DNA of 64,000 nucleotides from Eledone cirrhosa (lineage: Eukaryota), in the NCBI GenBank assembly GCA_964016885.1, contig OZ024740.1, positions 9,486,001 through 9,550,000 of the forward strand, in the 5' to 3' direction. Below, piece after piece: positions 35,176 to 48,893 of the stretch. Each line of letters starts with the position of its first letter. The stretch's first letter is position 1. The notes beneath the pieces were generated by a model. It saw only the letters and a program-made list of their open reading frames with translations. It was not told the DNA's origin and made no database searches. The position numbers and the translations under genes are program-made.

Positions 35176-38100
35176 TTAGTTTCGATTGGTATGTCAGTTT
35201 CAATTTGTATATCAGTTTCGATTGGTATGTCAGTTTTATTGGTATGTCAATTTCGATTGGTATATCAGTTTCGGTTGGTATGTCAGTTTCAATTGGTATG
35301 TGTAGTTTCTATTGGCATACGAGTTTCGATTCGTATGTCAGTTTATATTGGTATGTCAGTTTCGATTAGTATATCAGTTTCTATTGGTATGTCAGTTTCG
35401 ATTGGTATGTTAGTCCTCGATTTGTATGTCAGTTTCTATTGGTATATTAGTATCGATTGGTATGTCAGTTTCGATTAGTATATCAGTTTCTACTTGTATG
35501 TCAGTTTCTGTTGGTATATCAGTTTCTATTGGTATATCAGTTTCGATTGATATGTCAGTTTCGATTGGTATGTCAGTTTCAAATAGTATATCAGTTTCGA
35601 ATGGTATGGCAGTTTGGATTGGTATATCAGTTTCGATTGGTATGTCAGTTTCGATTTGTATGTCAGTTTCTGTTGGTATATCAGTTTCAATTGGTATGTC
35701 AGTTTTGATTAGCATATCAGTTTCTATTTGTATGTCAGTTTCTATTGGTATATCAGTTTCCATTGGTATGTCAGTTTCTATTGGTATATCAGTTTCGATT
35801 AGTATGTTAGTTGCTATTGTTATGTCAGTTTCGATTAGTATATCAGTTACTATTGGTATGTCAGTTTCGATTGGTATGTTAGTCCTCGATTTGTATGTCA
35901 GTTTCTATTGGTATATCAGTTTCGATTGGTATGTCAGTTTCGATTGGTATGTCAGTTTCTATTGGTATATCAGTTTCTATTGGTATGTCAGTTTCTATTG
36001 GTATGTCAGTTTCGATTGTTATATCAGATTCGATTAGTATGTCAGTTTCTATTGGTATATCAGTTTCCATTGGTATATCAGTTTCGATTGGTATATCAGT
36101 TTCTATTGGTATATCAGTTTCTATTGGTATGTCAGTTTCTATTGGTATGTCAGTTTCTATTGGTATATCAGTTTCGATTGGTATATCAGTTTCGATTGGT
36201 ATGTCAGTTTTGATCGGTATGTCAGTTTCGATTGGTATGTCAGTTTCGATTGTTATGTTAGTTTCTATTGGTATGTCAGTTTCAATTGGTGTATCAGTTT
36301 CGATTGGTATGTCAGTTTCAATTTGTATATCAGTTTCGATTGGTATGTCAGTTTCTATTGGTATGTCAGCTTCTATTGGTATGTTAGTCCTCGATTTGTA
36401 TGTCAGTTTCTGTTGGTATATCAGTTTCAATTGGTATGTCAGTTTTGATGAGCATATCAGTTTCTATTTGTATGTCAGTTTCTATTGGTATATCAGTTTC
36501 GATTGGTATATCAGTTTCGATTGTTATGTCAATTTCGATTGGTGTGTCAGTTTCTATTGGTATATCAGTTTCCATTGGTATAGCAGTTTAGATTGGTATG
36601 TCAGTTTCTATTGGTATATCAGTTTCTATTTGTATCTCAGTTTCGATTGGTATGTCAGTGTCGATTGGTATGTCAGTTTCTATTGGTATGTCAGTTTCTA
36701 TTGGTATGTCAGTTTAGATTGGTATATCAGATTCGATTAGTATATCAGTTTCTATTGGTATATCAGTTTGCATTGGTATATCAGTTTCGATTGGCATATC
36801 AGTTTCTATTGGTATATCAGTTTCTATTGGTATATCAGTTTCTATTGGTATGTCAGTTTCGATTGGTATGTCAGTTTCGATTGGTATGTCAGTTTTATTG
36901 GTATGTCAATTTCGATTGGTATATCAGTTTCAATTTGTATATCAGTTTCGATTGGTATGTCAGTTTTAATTGGTATGTGTAGTTTCTATTGGTATACAAG
37001 TTTCGATTGGTATGTCAGTTTCTATTGGTATGTCAGTTTCGATTAGTATATCAGTTTCTATTGGTATGTCAGTTTCAATTAGTATGTTAGTCCTCGATTT
37101 GTATGTCAGTTTCTATTGGTATATTAGTATCGATTGGTACATCAGTTTCGATTAGTATGTCAGTTTCAATTTGTATATCAGTTTCGATTGGTATGTCAGT
37201 TTTATTGTTATGTCAATTTCAATTGGTATATCAGTTTCGGTTGGTATGTCAGTTTCAATTGGTATGTGTAGTTTCTATTGGTATACGAGTTTCGATTGGT
37301 ATGTCAGTTTCTATTGGTATGTCAGTTTCGATTAGTATATCAGTTTCTATTGGTATGTCAGTTTCGATTAGTATGTTAGTCCTCGATTTGTATGTCAGTT
37401 TCTATTGGTATATTAGTATCGATTGGTACGTCAGTTTCGATTAGTATGTCAGTTTCAATTTTTATATCAGTTTCGATTGGTATGTCAGTTTTATTGGTAT
37501 GTCAATTTCGATTGGTATGTCAATTTCTATTGGTATGTCAGTTTCGATTAGTATATCAGTTTCGATTGGTATATCAGTTTCGATCGTTATGTCAATGTCG
37601 ATTGGTATGTCAGTTTCTATTGGTATATCAGTTTCCATTGGTATATCAGTTTAGATTGGTATGTCAGTTTCTATTGGTATATCAGTTTCTATTTGTATCT
37701 CAGTTTCGATTTGTATGTCAGTTTCTATTGGTATGTCAGTTTCGAATGGTATGTCAGTTTCGATTGGTATGTCAGTTTCTATTGGTATTTCAGTTTCTAT
37801 TGGTATGTCAGTTTCTATTGGTATGTCAGTTTCGATTGGTATATCAGATTCGATTAGTATGTCAATTTCTATTGGTATATCTGTTACATTGGTATATCAG
37901 TTTCGATTGGTATATCAGTTTCTATTGGTATATCAGTTTCTATTGGTATGTCAGTTTCTATTGGTATGTCAGTTTCTATTGGTATGCTAGTTTCGATTGG
38001 TATGTCAGTTTCGATTGGTATGTCAGTTTCGATTGGTATATCAGTTTCGAGTGTCATGTTAGTTTCGATTGGTATGTCAGTTTCAATTTGTATATCAGTT

Positions 38101-39212
38101 TCGATTGGTATGTCAGTTTTATTGGTATGTGTAGTTTCTATTGGCATACGAGTTTCGATTGGTATGTCAGTTTCTATTGGTATGTCAGTTTCGATTAGTA
38201 TATCAGTTTCTATTGGTATGACAGTTTCGATTGGTATGTTAGTCCTCGATTTGTATTTCAGTTTCTATTGGTATATTAGTATCGATTGTTATGTCAGTTT
38301 CGATTAGTATATCAGTTTCTAGTTGTATGTCGGTTTCTATTGGTATATCAGTTTCTATTGGTATATCAGTTTCGATTGATATGTCAGTTTCGATTGGTAT
38401 GTCAGTTCCGATTATTATATCAGTTTCGAATGGTATGTCAGTTTGGATTGGTATATCCGTTTCGATTGGTATGTCAGTTTTGATTTGTATGTCAGTTTCT
38501 GTTGGTATATCAGTTTCAATTGGTATGTCAGTTTTGATTAGCATATCAGTTTCTATTTGTATGTCAGTTTCTATTGGTATATCAGTTTCCATTGGTATAT
38601 CAGTTTAGATTGGTATGTCAGTTTCTATTAGTATGTCAGTTTCTGTTCGTATCTCAATTTCGATTGGTATGTCAGTTTCTATTGGTATATCAGTTTCGAT
38701 TAGTATGTTAGTTCCTATTGGTATGTCAGTTTCAATTAGTATATCAGTTACTATTGGTATGTCAGTTTCGATTGGTATGTTAGTCCTCGATTTGTATGTC
38801 AGTTTCTATTGGTATATCAGTTTCGATTGGTATGTCAGTTTCGATTGGTATGTCAGTTTCTATTGGTATATCAGTTTCTATTGGTATGTCAGTTTCTATT
38901 GGTATGTCAGTTTCGATTGTTATATCAGATTCGATTAGTATGTCAGTTTCTATTGGTATATCAGTTGCAATTGGTGTATCAGTTTCGATTGGTACGTCAG
39001 TTTCAATTTGTATATCAGTTTTGATTGGTATGTCAGTATTATTGGTATGTCAATTTCGATTGGTATATCAGTTTCGATGGGTATATTAGTTTCTATTGGT
39101 ATGTCAGTTTCTATTGGTATATCAGTTTCGATTGGTATATCAGATTCGATTAGTACGTCAGTTTCTATTGGTATATCAGTTTCCATTGGTATATCAGTTT
39201 CGATTGGTATAT
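35173..39212. repeat. 18-bp tandem satellite, block 3
   Basis: Same monomer and orientation. Confidence 0.98.
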
Positions 39213-40369
39213 TAAATGCAAAGTATGGGTGCATAAAAGTATGGGTGCATAAAAGATGTAGTGGGATCACAGGTAAGCTAACTAAGAACATAGATTTTAC
39301 ATGTGGCCGGTGCTCTGGTGCAATAAGTAGCAGCAAGTGCCCACAAACTACTAGCTCTTTCAATTGCGCAGAGGGTTCTATAGAAATAGTGGACAGCTTC
39401 CGTTACCTGGGCGATAAAATCAGCAGTGGGGGAGGGTGCTCTGAAAGTACTGTAGCTAGAGTCAGAACTGGTTGGAAAAAGTTCAGAGAGCTTATACCAC
39501 TATTAGCTGCTAAAGCGTTCTCACTAAAAATGAAAGGCAGGTTGTACGATGCCTGCATACGAACAGCAATGCTGCACGGCAGTGAGACCTGGGCATTGTG
39601 TGCAGAGGATATACGCAGACTAGAGAGGAACGAAGCTTGCATGCTCCGCTGGATGTGTAACAGTAATATACGTGAACGGCAAAGCATAAACGAACTAAGG
39701 AAAAAATTAGAGATAAGAGGGATCAGATGTTGTTTACTCGAGAGAAGGCTACGTTGGTATGGACACGTGATGCGCATGAAAGTCGATAGCTGTATAACAA
39801 AGTGCAGGGCAATAAAGATAGACGGTAGTCACGGAATAGGCAGACCTAGGAAAACCTGGGACGAGCTGATAAACTCCGACATCACACACTTACACCTCTC
39901 CAAGACAATGTCACTGGACCGAGACCTTTGGCGGTACTCAGTAACAGAGAAGACCCGCCTTACCTAAATATATAGTAAAACCTACTCCAGCCAGTAGGCA
40001 TCTCTAACAAAATACACCCCGTCCCACCACCCCCGCCCCCACCCCATCCACACCACCCCGTTCTATGTAAAGTTATGTTGGTGCCGCGCCATCGAGGCCG
40101 AAACAAATGAGATCGTGTAGGTGTCACGACAAAAAAACACACAGTCCACGCTGTAATGTGGCCGTGTAGGCAACACGGTAAAAACCTGCCAGACCCACAC
40201 TGTAAATGTGGTTGGATTTAGGAAGGGCATCCAACTGTAGAAAACCTGCCAGACAGTCCTATGCGAGCAAGACAATCACTCTTGCCTCAAGTGGGACTAC
40301 CCCCGTCCAAACCCATGCAAGCGTGGAACACGGACGTTAAACGTTGATGATGATGATGATGATGATGAT
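39213..40369 (+). mobile_element. Severely 5'-truncated RTE (copy 3)
   Basis: Starts inside the PHD finger (equivalent to 15630 of copy 1), has a 16-bp duplication near its 5' end, a full 3' UTR and (GAT)8 at 40346-40369. Confidence 0.95.
39236..39967 (+). pseudogene. C-terminal RTE ORF fragment (half PHD + thumb/C-terminus)
   Basis: KVWVHKRC...FRYLG...GSETWAL...RLRWYGHV...RLT*, nearly identical to copy 2. Confidence 0.85.
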
Positions 40370-43300
40370 ATCAGTTTCTATTGGTATATCAGTTTCTATT
40401 GGTATGTCAGTTTCTATTCGTATGTCAGTTTCTATTGGTATATCAGTTTCGATTGTTATGTTAGTTTCTATTGGTATGTCAGTTTCTATTGGTATATCGG
40501 TTTCAATTGGTGTATCAGTTTCGATTGGTATGTCAGTTTCAATTTGTATATCAGTTTCGATTGGTATGGCAGTTTCTATTGGTATGTCAGTTTCTATTGG
40601 TATGTTAGTCCTCGATTTGTATGTCAGTTTCTGTTGGTATATCAGTTTCTATTTGTATGTCAGTTTCTATTGGTATATCAGTTTCGATTGGTATATCAGA
40701 TTCGATTGGTATATCAGTTTCGATTGGTATATCAGTTTCGATTGTTATGTCAATTTCGATTGGTATGTCAGTTTCTATTGGTTTATCAGTTTCCATTGGT
40801 ATATCAGTTTAGATTGGTATGTCAGTTTCTATTGGTATATCAGTTTCTATTTGTATCTCAGTTTCAATTGCTATGTCAGTTTCCATTGGTATATCAATTT
40901 CTATTGGTATGTCAGTTTCTATTGGCATGTCAGTTTCGATTGGTATATCAGATTCGATTAGTATATCAGTTTCTATTGGTATATCAGTTTGCATTGATAT
41001 ATCAGTTTCGATTGGTATGTCAGTTTTGATTAGCATATCATTTTCTATTTGTATGTCTGTTTCTATTGGTATATCAGTTTCAATTGGTATATCAGTTTCG
41101 ATTGTTATTTCAATTTCGATTGGTATGTCAGTTTCTATTGGTATAACAGTTTCCATTGGTATATCAGTTTCTATTGGTATGTCAGTTTCTATTGGTATAT
41201 CAGTTTCTGTTCGCATCTCAGTTTCGATTGACATGTCACTTTCTATTGGTATATCAGTTTCGATTAGTATGTTAGTTTCTATTGGTATGTCAGTTTCGAT
41301 TAGTATATCAGTTTCTATTGGTATGTCAGTTTCGATTGGTATGTTAGTCCTCGATTTGTATGTCAGTTTCTATTGGTATGTCAGGTTCGATTGGTATGTG
41401 AGTTTCTATTCGTATATCAGTTTCTATTGGTATGTCAGTTTCTATTGGTATGTCAGTTTCTATTGGTATATCAGTTTCGATTGGTATATCAGTTTCGATT
41501 GGTATGTCAGTTTTGATCGGTATGTCAGTTTCGATTGGTATATTAGTTTCGATTGGTATGTCAGTTTCTATTGGTATATCAGTTTCCATTGGTATATCAG
41601 TTTAGATTGGTATGTCAGTTTCTATTGGTATATTAGTTTCTATTGGTATGTCAGTTTCTATTGGTATATCAGTTTCAATTGGTGTATCAGTTTCGATTGG
41701 TATGTCAGTTTCAATTTGTATATCAGTTTCGATTGGTATGTCAGTTTCTATTGGTATGCCAGTTTCTATTGGTATGTTAGTCCTCGATTTGTATGTCGGT
41801 TTCTGTTGGTATATCAGTTTCAATTGGTATGTCAGTTTTGATCAGCATATCAGTTTCTATTTGTATGTCAGTTTCTATTGGTATATCAGTTTCGATTGGT
41901 ATATCAGTTTCGATTGTTATGTCAATTTCGATTGGTATGTCAGTTTCTATTGGTATATCAGTTTCCAATTGTATATCAGTTTAGATTGGTATGTCAGTTT
42001 CTATTGGTATATCAGTTTCTATTTGTATCTCAGTTTCGATTGGTATGTCAGTTTCGATTGGTATATCAGTTTCGGTTGGTATGTCAGTTTCGATTGGTAT
42101 ATCAGTTTGCATTGGTATATCAGTTTCGATTGGTATATCAGTTTCGGTTGGTATGTCAGTTTCGATTGGTATGTCAGTTTCGATTGGCATATCAGTTTCG
42201 ATTGTTATGTTAGTTTCGATTGGTATGTCAGTTTCAATTTGTATATCAGTTTCGATTGGTATGTCAGTTTTATTGGTATGTCAATTTTGATTGGTATATC
42301 AGTTTCGATTGGTATGTCAGTTTCTATTGGTATGTCAGTTTCGATTACTATATCAGTTTCTATTGGTATGTCAGTTTCGATTGGTATGTTAGTCCTCGAT
42401 TTGTATGTCAGTTTCTATTAGTATATCAGTTTCGATTGATATGTCAGTTTCGATTGGTATGTCAGTTTCGATTAGTATATCAGTTTCGAATGGTATGTCA
42501 GTTTGGATTGGTATATCAGTTTCGATTGGTATGTCAGTTTCGATTTGTATGTCAGTTTCTGTTGGTATATCAGTTTCAATTGGTATGTCAGTTTTGATTA
42601 GCATATCAGTTTCTATTTTTATGTCTGTTTCAATTGGTATATCAGTTTCGATTGTTATGTCAATTTCGATTGGTATGTTAGTTTCTATTGGTATATCAGT
42701 TTCCATTGGTATATCAGTTTAGATTGGTATGTCAGTTTCTATTGGTATATCCGTTTCTGTTCGTATCTCAGTTTCGATTGTTATGTCAGTTTCTATTGGT
42801 ATATCAGTTTCGATTAGTATGTTAGTTTCTATTGGTATGTCAGTTTCGATTAGTATATCAGTTTCTATTGGTATGTCAGTTTCGATTGGTATGTTAGTCC
42901 TCGATTTGTATGTCAGTTTCCATTGGTATATCAGTTTCGATTGGTATGTCAGTTTCTATTGGTATGTCAGTTTCTATTGGTATATCAGTTTCGATTGGTA
43001 TATCAGTTTCGATTGGTATGTCAGTTTTGATCGGTATGTCCGTTTCGATTGGTATATTAGTTTCGATTGGTATGTCAGTTTCTATTGGTATATCAGTTTC
43101 CATTGGTATATCATTTTAGATTGGTATGTCAGTTTCTATTGGTATATCAGTTTCTATTTGTATCTCAGTTTCGATTGGTATGTCAGTTTCTATTGGTATA
43201 TCAATTTCTATTTGTATGTCAGTTTCTATTGGTATGTCAGTTTCGATTGGTATATCAGATTCGATTAGTATATCAGTTTCTATTGGTATATCAGTTTGCA

Positions 43301-46300
43301 TTGGTATATCAGTTTCGATTGGTATATCAGTTTCTATTGGTATATCAGTTTCTATTGGTATGTCAGTTTCTATTGGTATGTCAGTTTCAATTGGTATATC
43401 AGATTCGATTAGTATGTCATTTTCTATTGGTATATCAGTTTCCATTGGTATATCAGTTTCGAGTGGTATATCAGTTTCTATTGGTATAGCAGTTTCTATT
43501 GGTATGTCAGTTTCTATTGGTATGTCAGTTTCTATTGGTATATCAGTTTCGATTGGTATATCAGTTTCGATTGGTATGTCAGTTTTATCGGTATGTCAAT
43601 TTTGATTGGTATATCAGTTTCGGTTGGTATGTCAGTTTCAATTGGTATCTGTAGTTTCTATTGGTATACCAGTTTCGATTGGTATGTCAGTTTCTATTGG
43701 TATGTCAGTTTCGATTAGTATATCAGTTTCTATTGGTGTGTCAGTTTCGATTGGTATGTTAGTCCTCGATTTGTATGTCAGTTTCTATTGGTATATTAGT
43801 ATCGATTGGTACGTCAGTTTCAATTAGTATGTCAGTTTCAATTTCTATATCAGTTTCGATTGGTATGTCAGTTTTATTGGTATGTCAATTTCGATTGGTA
43901 TATCAGTTTCGGTTGGTATATCAGTTTCAATTGGTATGTGTAGTTTCTATTGATATACGAGTTTCGATTGGTATGTCAGTTTCTATTGGTATGTCAGTTT
44001 CGATTAGTATATCAGTTTCTATTGGTATGTCAGTTTTATTGGTATGTCAATTTCGATTGGTATATCAGTTTTGTTTGGTATGTCAGTTTCAATTGGTATG
44101 TGTAGTTTCTATTGATATACGAGTTTCGAATGGTATGTCAGTTTCTATTGGTATGTCAGTTTCGATTAGTATGTCAGTTTCAATTTGTATATAAGTTTCG
44201 ATTGGTATGTCAGTTTTATTGGTATGTCAATTTCGATTGGTATATCAGTTTCAATTGGTATGTCAGTTTCGATTTGTATGTCAGTTTCTGTTGGTATATC
44301 AGTTTCAATTGGTATGTCAGTTTTGATTAGCATATCAGTTTCTATTTGTATGTCAATTTCGATTGGTATGTTAGTTTCTATTGGTATATCAGTTTCGATT
44401 GGTATATCAGTTTAGATTGGTATGTCAGTTTCTATTGTTATATCAGTTTCTGTTCGTATCTCAGTTTCGATTGGTATGTCAGTTTCTATTGGTATATCAG
44501 TTTCGATTAGTATGTTAGTTTCTATTGGTATGTCAGTTTCGATTAGTATATCAGTTTCTATTGGTATGTCAGTTTCGATTGGTACGTTAGTCCACGATTT
44601 TTATGTCAGTTTCCATTGGTATATGAGTTTCGATTGGTATGTCAGTTTCTATTGGTATGTCAGTTTCTATTGGTATATCAGTTTTGATTGGTATATCAGT
44701 TTCGATTGGTATGTCAGTTTTGATCGGTATGTCCATTTCGATTGGTATATTAGTTTCGATTGGTATGTCAGTTTCTACTGGTATATCAGTTTCCATTGGT
44801 ATGTCAGTTTTGATTGGTATATCAGTTTCTATTGGTATATCAGTTTCTATTGGTATGTCAGTTTCAATTGGTATATCAGATCCGATTAGTATGTCATTTT
44901 CTATTGGTATATCAGTTTCCATTGGTATATCAGTTTCGAGTGGTATGTCAATTTCTATTGGTATGTCAGTTTCTATTGGTATATCAGTTTCTATCGGTAT
45001 ATCAGTTTCTATTGGTATGTCAGTTTCTATTGGTATGTCAGTTTCTATTGGTATATCAGTTTCGATTGGTATATCAGTTTCGATTGGTATGTCAGTTTCA
45101 ATTGGTATGTGTAGTTTCTATTGTTATACGAGTTTCGATTGGTATGTCAGTTTCTATTGGTATGTCAGTTTTGATTAGTATATCAGTTTCTATTGGTATG
45201 TCAGTTTCTATTTGTATATAAGTTTCGATTGGCATGTCAGTTTTATTGGTATGTCAGTTTCGATTGGTATGTCAGTTTCTATTGGTATACGAGTTTCGAT
45301 TGGTATATCAGTTTCGATTGGTATGTCAGTTTTGATTGGTATGTCAGTTTCGATTGGTATATCAGATACTATTGATATGTCAGTTTCGATTGGGATGTCA
45401 GTTTCGATTGGTATGTCAGTTTCTATTGGTATATCAGTTTCGATTAGTATGTTAGTTTCTATTGGTATGTCAGTTTCGATTAGTATATCAGTTTCTATTG
45501 GTATGTTAGTTTCGACTGGTATGTTAGTCCTCGATTTGTATGTCAGTTTCCATTGGTATATTAGTTTTGATTGGTATGTTGTTTCGATTGGTATGTCAAT
45601 TTCTATTGGTATATCAGTTTCTATTGGTATGTCAGTTTCTATTGGTATGGCAGTTTCGATTGGTATATCAGATTCGATTAGTATGTCAGTTTCTATTGGT
45701 ATATCAGTTTCCATTGGTATATCAGTTTCGATTGGTATATCAGTTTCTATTGGTATATCAGTTTCTATTGGTATGTCAGTTTCTATTGGTATGTCAGTCT
45801 CTATTGTTATATCAGTTTCGATTGGTATATCAGTTTCGATTGGTATGTCAGTTTTGATCGCAATGTCAGTTTCGATTGGTATATCAGTTTCCATTGTTAT
45901 GTTAGTTTCTATTGGTATGTCAGTTTCTATTGGTATATCAGTTTCAATTGGTGTATCAGTTTCGATTGGTATGTCAGTTTCAATTTGTATATCAGTTTCG
46001 ATTGGTATGTCAGTTTCTATTGGTATGTCAGTTTCTATTGGTATGTTAGTCCTCGATTTGTATGTCAGTTTCTGTTGGTATATCAGTTTCAATTGGTATG
46101 TCAGTTTTGATTAGCATATCAGTTTCTATTTGTATGTCAGTTTCTATTGGTATATCAGTTTCGATTGGTATATCAGTTTCCAATGGTATATCAGTTTAGA
46201 TTGGTATGTCAGTTTCTATTGGTATATCAGTTTCCAATGGTATATCAGTTTAGATTGGTATGTCAGTTTCTATTGGTATATCAGTTTCTATTTGTATCTC

Positions 46301-48893
46301 AGTTTCGATTGGTATGTCAGTTTCTATTGGTATATCAATTTCTATTGGTATGTCAGTTTCTACTGGTATGTCAGTTTCGATTTGTATATCAGATTCGATT
46401 AGTATATCAGTTTCTATTGGTATATCAGTTTGCATTGGTATATCAGTTTCGATTGGTATATCAGTTTCGATTGGTATGTCAGTTTCGATTGGTATGTCAG
46501 TTTCGATTGGCATATCAGTTTCGATTGTCATGTTAGTTTCGATTGGTATGTCAGTTTCAATTTGTATATCAGTTTCGATTGGTATGTGTAGTTTCTATTG
46601 GTATACGAGTTTCGATTGGTATGTCAGTTTCTATTGGTATGTCAGTTTCGATTAGTATATCAGTTTCTATTGGTATGTCAGTTTCGATTGGTATGTTAGT
46701 CCTCGATTTGTATGTCAGTTTCTATTGGTATATTAGTATCGATTGGTACGTCAGTTTCAATTAGTATGTCAGTTTCAATTTGTATATCAGTTTCGATTGG
46801 TATGTCAGTTTTATTGGTATGTCAGTTTTGATTGGTATATCAGTTTCGGTTGGTATGTCAGTTTCAATTGGTATGTGTAGTTTCTATTGGTATACGAGTT
46901 TCGATTGGTATGTCAGTTTCTATTGGTATATCAGTTTCGATTAGTATATCAGTTTCTATTGGTATGTCAGTTTCGATTGGTATGTTAGTCCTCGATTTGT
47001 ATGTCAGTTTCCATTGGTATATGAGTTTCGATTGGTATGTCAGTTTCTATTGGTATGTCAGTTTCTATTGGTATATCAGTTTTGATTGGTATATCAGTTT
47101 CGATTGGTATGTCAGTTTTGATCGGTATGTCCATTTCGATTGGTATATTAGTTTCGATTGGTATGTCAGTTTCTATTGGTATATCAGTTTCCATTGGTAT
47201 GTCAGTTTTGATTGGTATATCAGTTTCTATTGGTATATCAGTTTCTATTGGTATGTCAGTTTCAATTGGTATATCAGATCCGATTAGTATGTCATTTTCT
47301 ATTGGTATATCAGTTTCCATTGGTATATCAGTTTCGAGTGGTATGTCAATTTCTATTGGTATGTCAGTTTCTATTGGTATATCAGTTTCTATCGGTATAT
47401 CAGTTTCTATTGGTATGTCAGTTTCTATTGGTATGTCAGTTTCTATTGGTATATCAGTTTCGATTGGTATATCAGTTTCGATTGGTATGTCAGTTTCAAT
47501 TGGTATGTGTAGTTTCTATTGTTATACGAGTTTCGATTGGTATGTCAGTTTCTATTGGTATGTCAGTTTTGATTAGTATATCAGTTTCTATTGGTATGTC
47601 AGTTTCTATTTGTATATAAGTTTCGATTGGCATGTCAGTTTTATTGGTATGTCAGTTTCGATTGGTATGTCAGTTTCTATTGGTATACGAGTTTCGATTG
47701 GTATATCAGTTTCGATTGGTATGTCAGTTTTGATTGGTATGTCAGTTTCGATTGGTATATCAGATACTATTGATATGTCAGTTTCGATTGGGATGTCAGT
47801 TTCGATTGGTATGTCAGTTTCTATTGGTATATCAGTTTCGATTAGTATGTTAGTTTCTATTGGTATGTCAGTTTCGATTAGTATATCAGTTTCTATTGGT
47901 ATGTTAGTTTCGACTGGTATGTTAGTCCTCGATTTGTATGTCAATTTCCATTGGTATATTAGTTTTGATTGGTATGTTGTTTCGATTGGTATGTCAATTT
48001 CTATTGGTATATCAGTTTCTATTGGTATGTCAGTTTCTATTGGTATGGCAGTTTCGATTGGTATATCAGATTCGATTAGTATGTCAGTTTCTATTGGTAT
48101 ATCAGTTTCCATTGGTATATCAGTTTCGATTGGTATATCAGTTTCTATTGGTATATCAGTTTCTATTGGTATGTCAGTTTCTATTGGTATGTCAGTTTCT
48201 ATTGTTATATCAGTTTCGATTGGTATATCAGTTTCGATTGGTATGTCAGTTTTGATCGCTATGTCAGTTTCGATTGGTATATCAGTTTCAATTGGTGTAT
48301 CAGTTTCGATTGGTATGTCAGTTTCAATTTGTATATCAGTTTCGATTGGTATGTCAGTTTCTATTGGTATGTCAGTTTCTATTGGTATGTTAGTCCTCGA
48401 TTTGTATGTCAGTTTCTGTTGGTATATCAGTTTCAATTGGTATGTCAGTTTTGATTAGCATATCAGTTTCTATTTGTATGTCAGTTTCTATTGGTATATC
48501 AGTTTCGATTGGCATATCAGTTTCCAATGGTATATCAGTTTAGATTGGTATGTCAGTTTCTATTGGTATATCAGTTTCCAATGGTATATCAGTTTAGATT
48601 GGTATGTCAGTTTCTATTGGTATATCAGTTTCTATTTGTATCTCAGTTTCGATTGGTATGTCAGTTTCTATTGGTATATCAATTTCTATTGGTATGTCAG
48701 TTTCTACTGGTATGTCTGTTTCGATTGGTATATCAGATTCGATTAGTATATCAGTTTCTATTGGTATATCAGTTTGCATTGGTATATCAGTTTCGATTGG
48801 TATATCAGTTTCGATTGGTATGTCAGTTTCGATTGGTATGTCAGTTTCGATTGGCATATCAGTTTCGATTGTTATGTTAGTTTCGATTGGTAT
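40368..48893. repeat. 18-bp tandem satellite, block 4
   Basis: Same monomer and orientation. Confidence 0.98.

Noticed and set aside
32363-40369. RTE copies 2 and 3 as products of array duplication of copy 1
   Set aside because: Different 5' ends, flanking monomers and diagnostic SNPs/indel show independent retrotransposition events.
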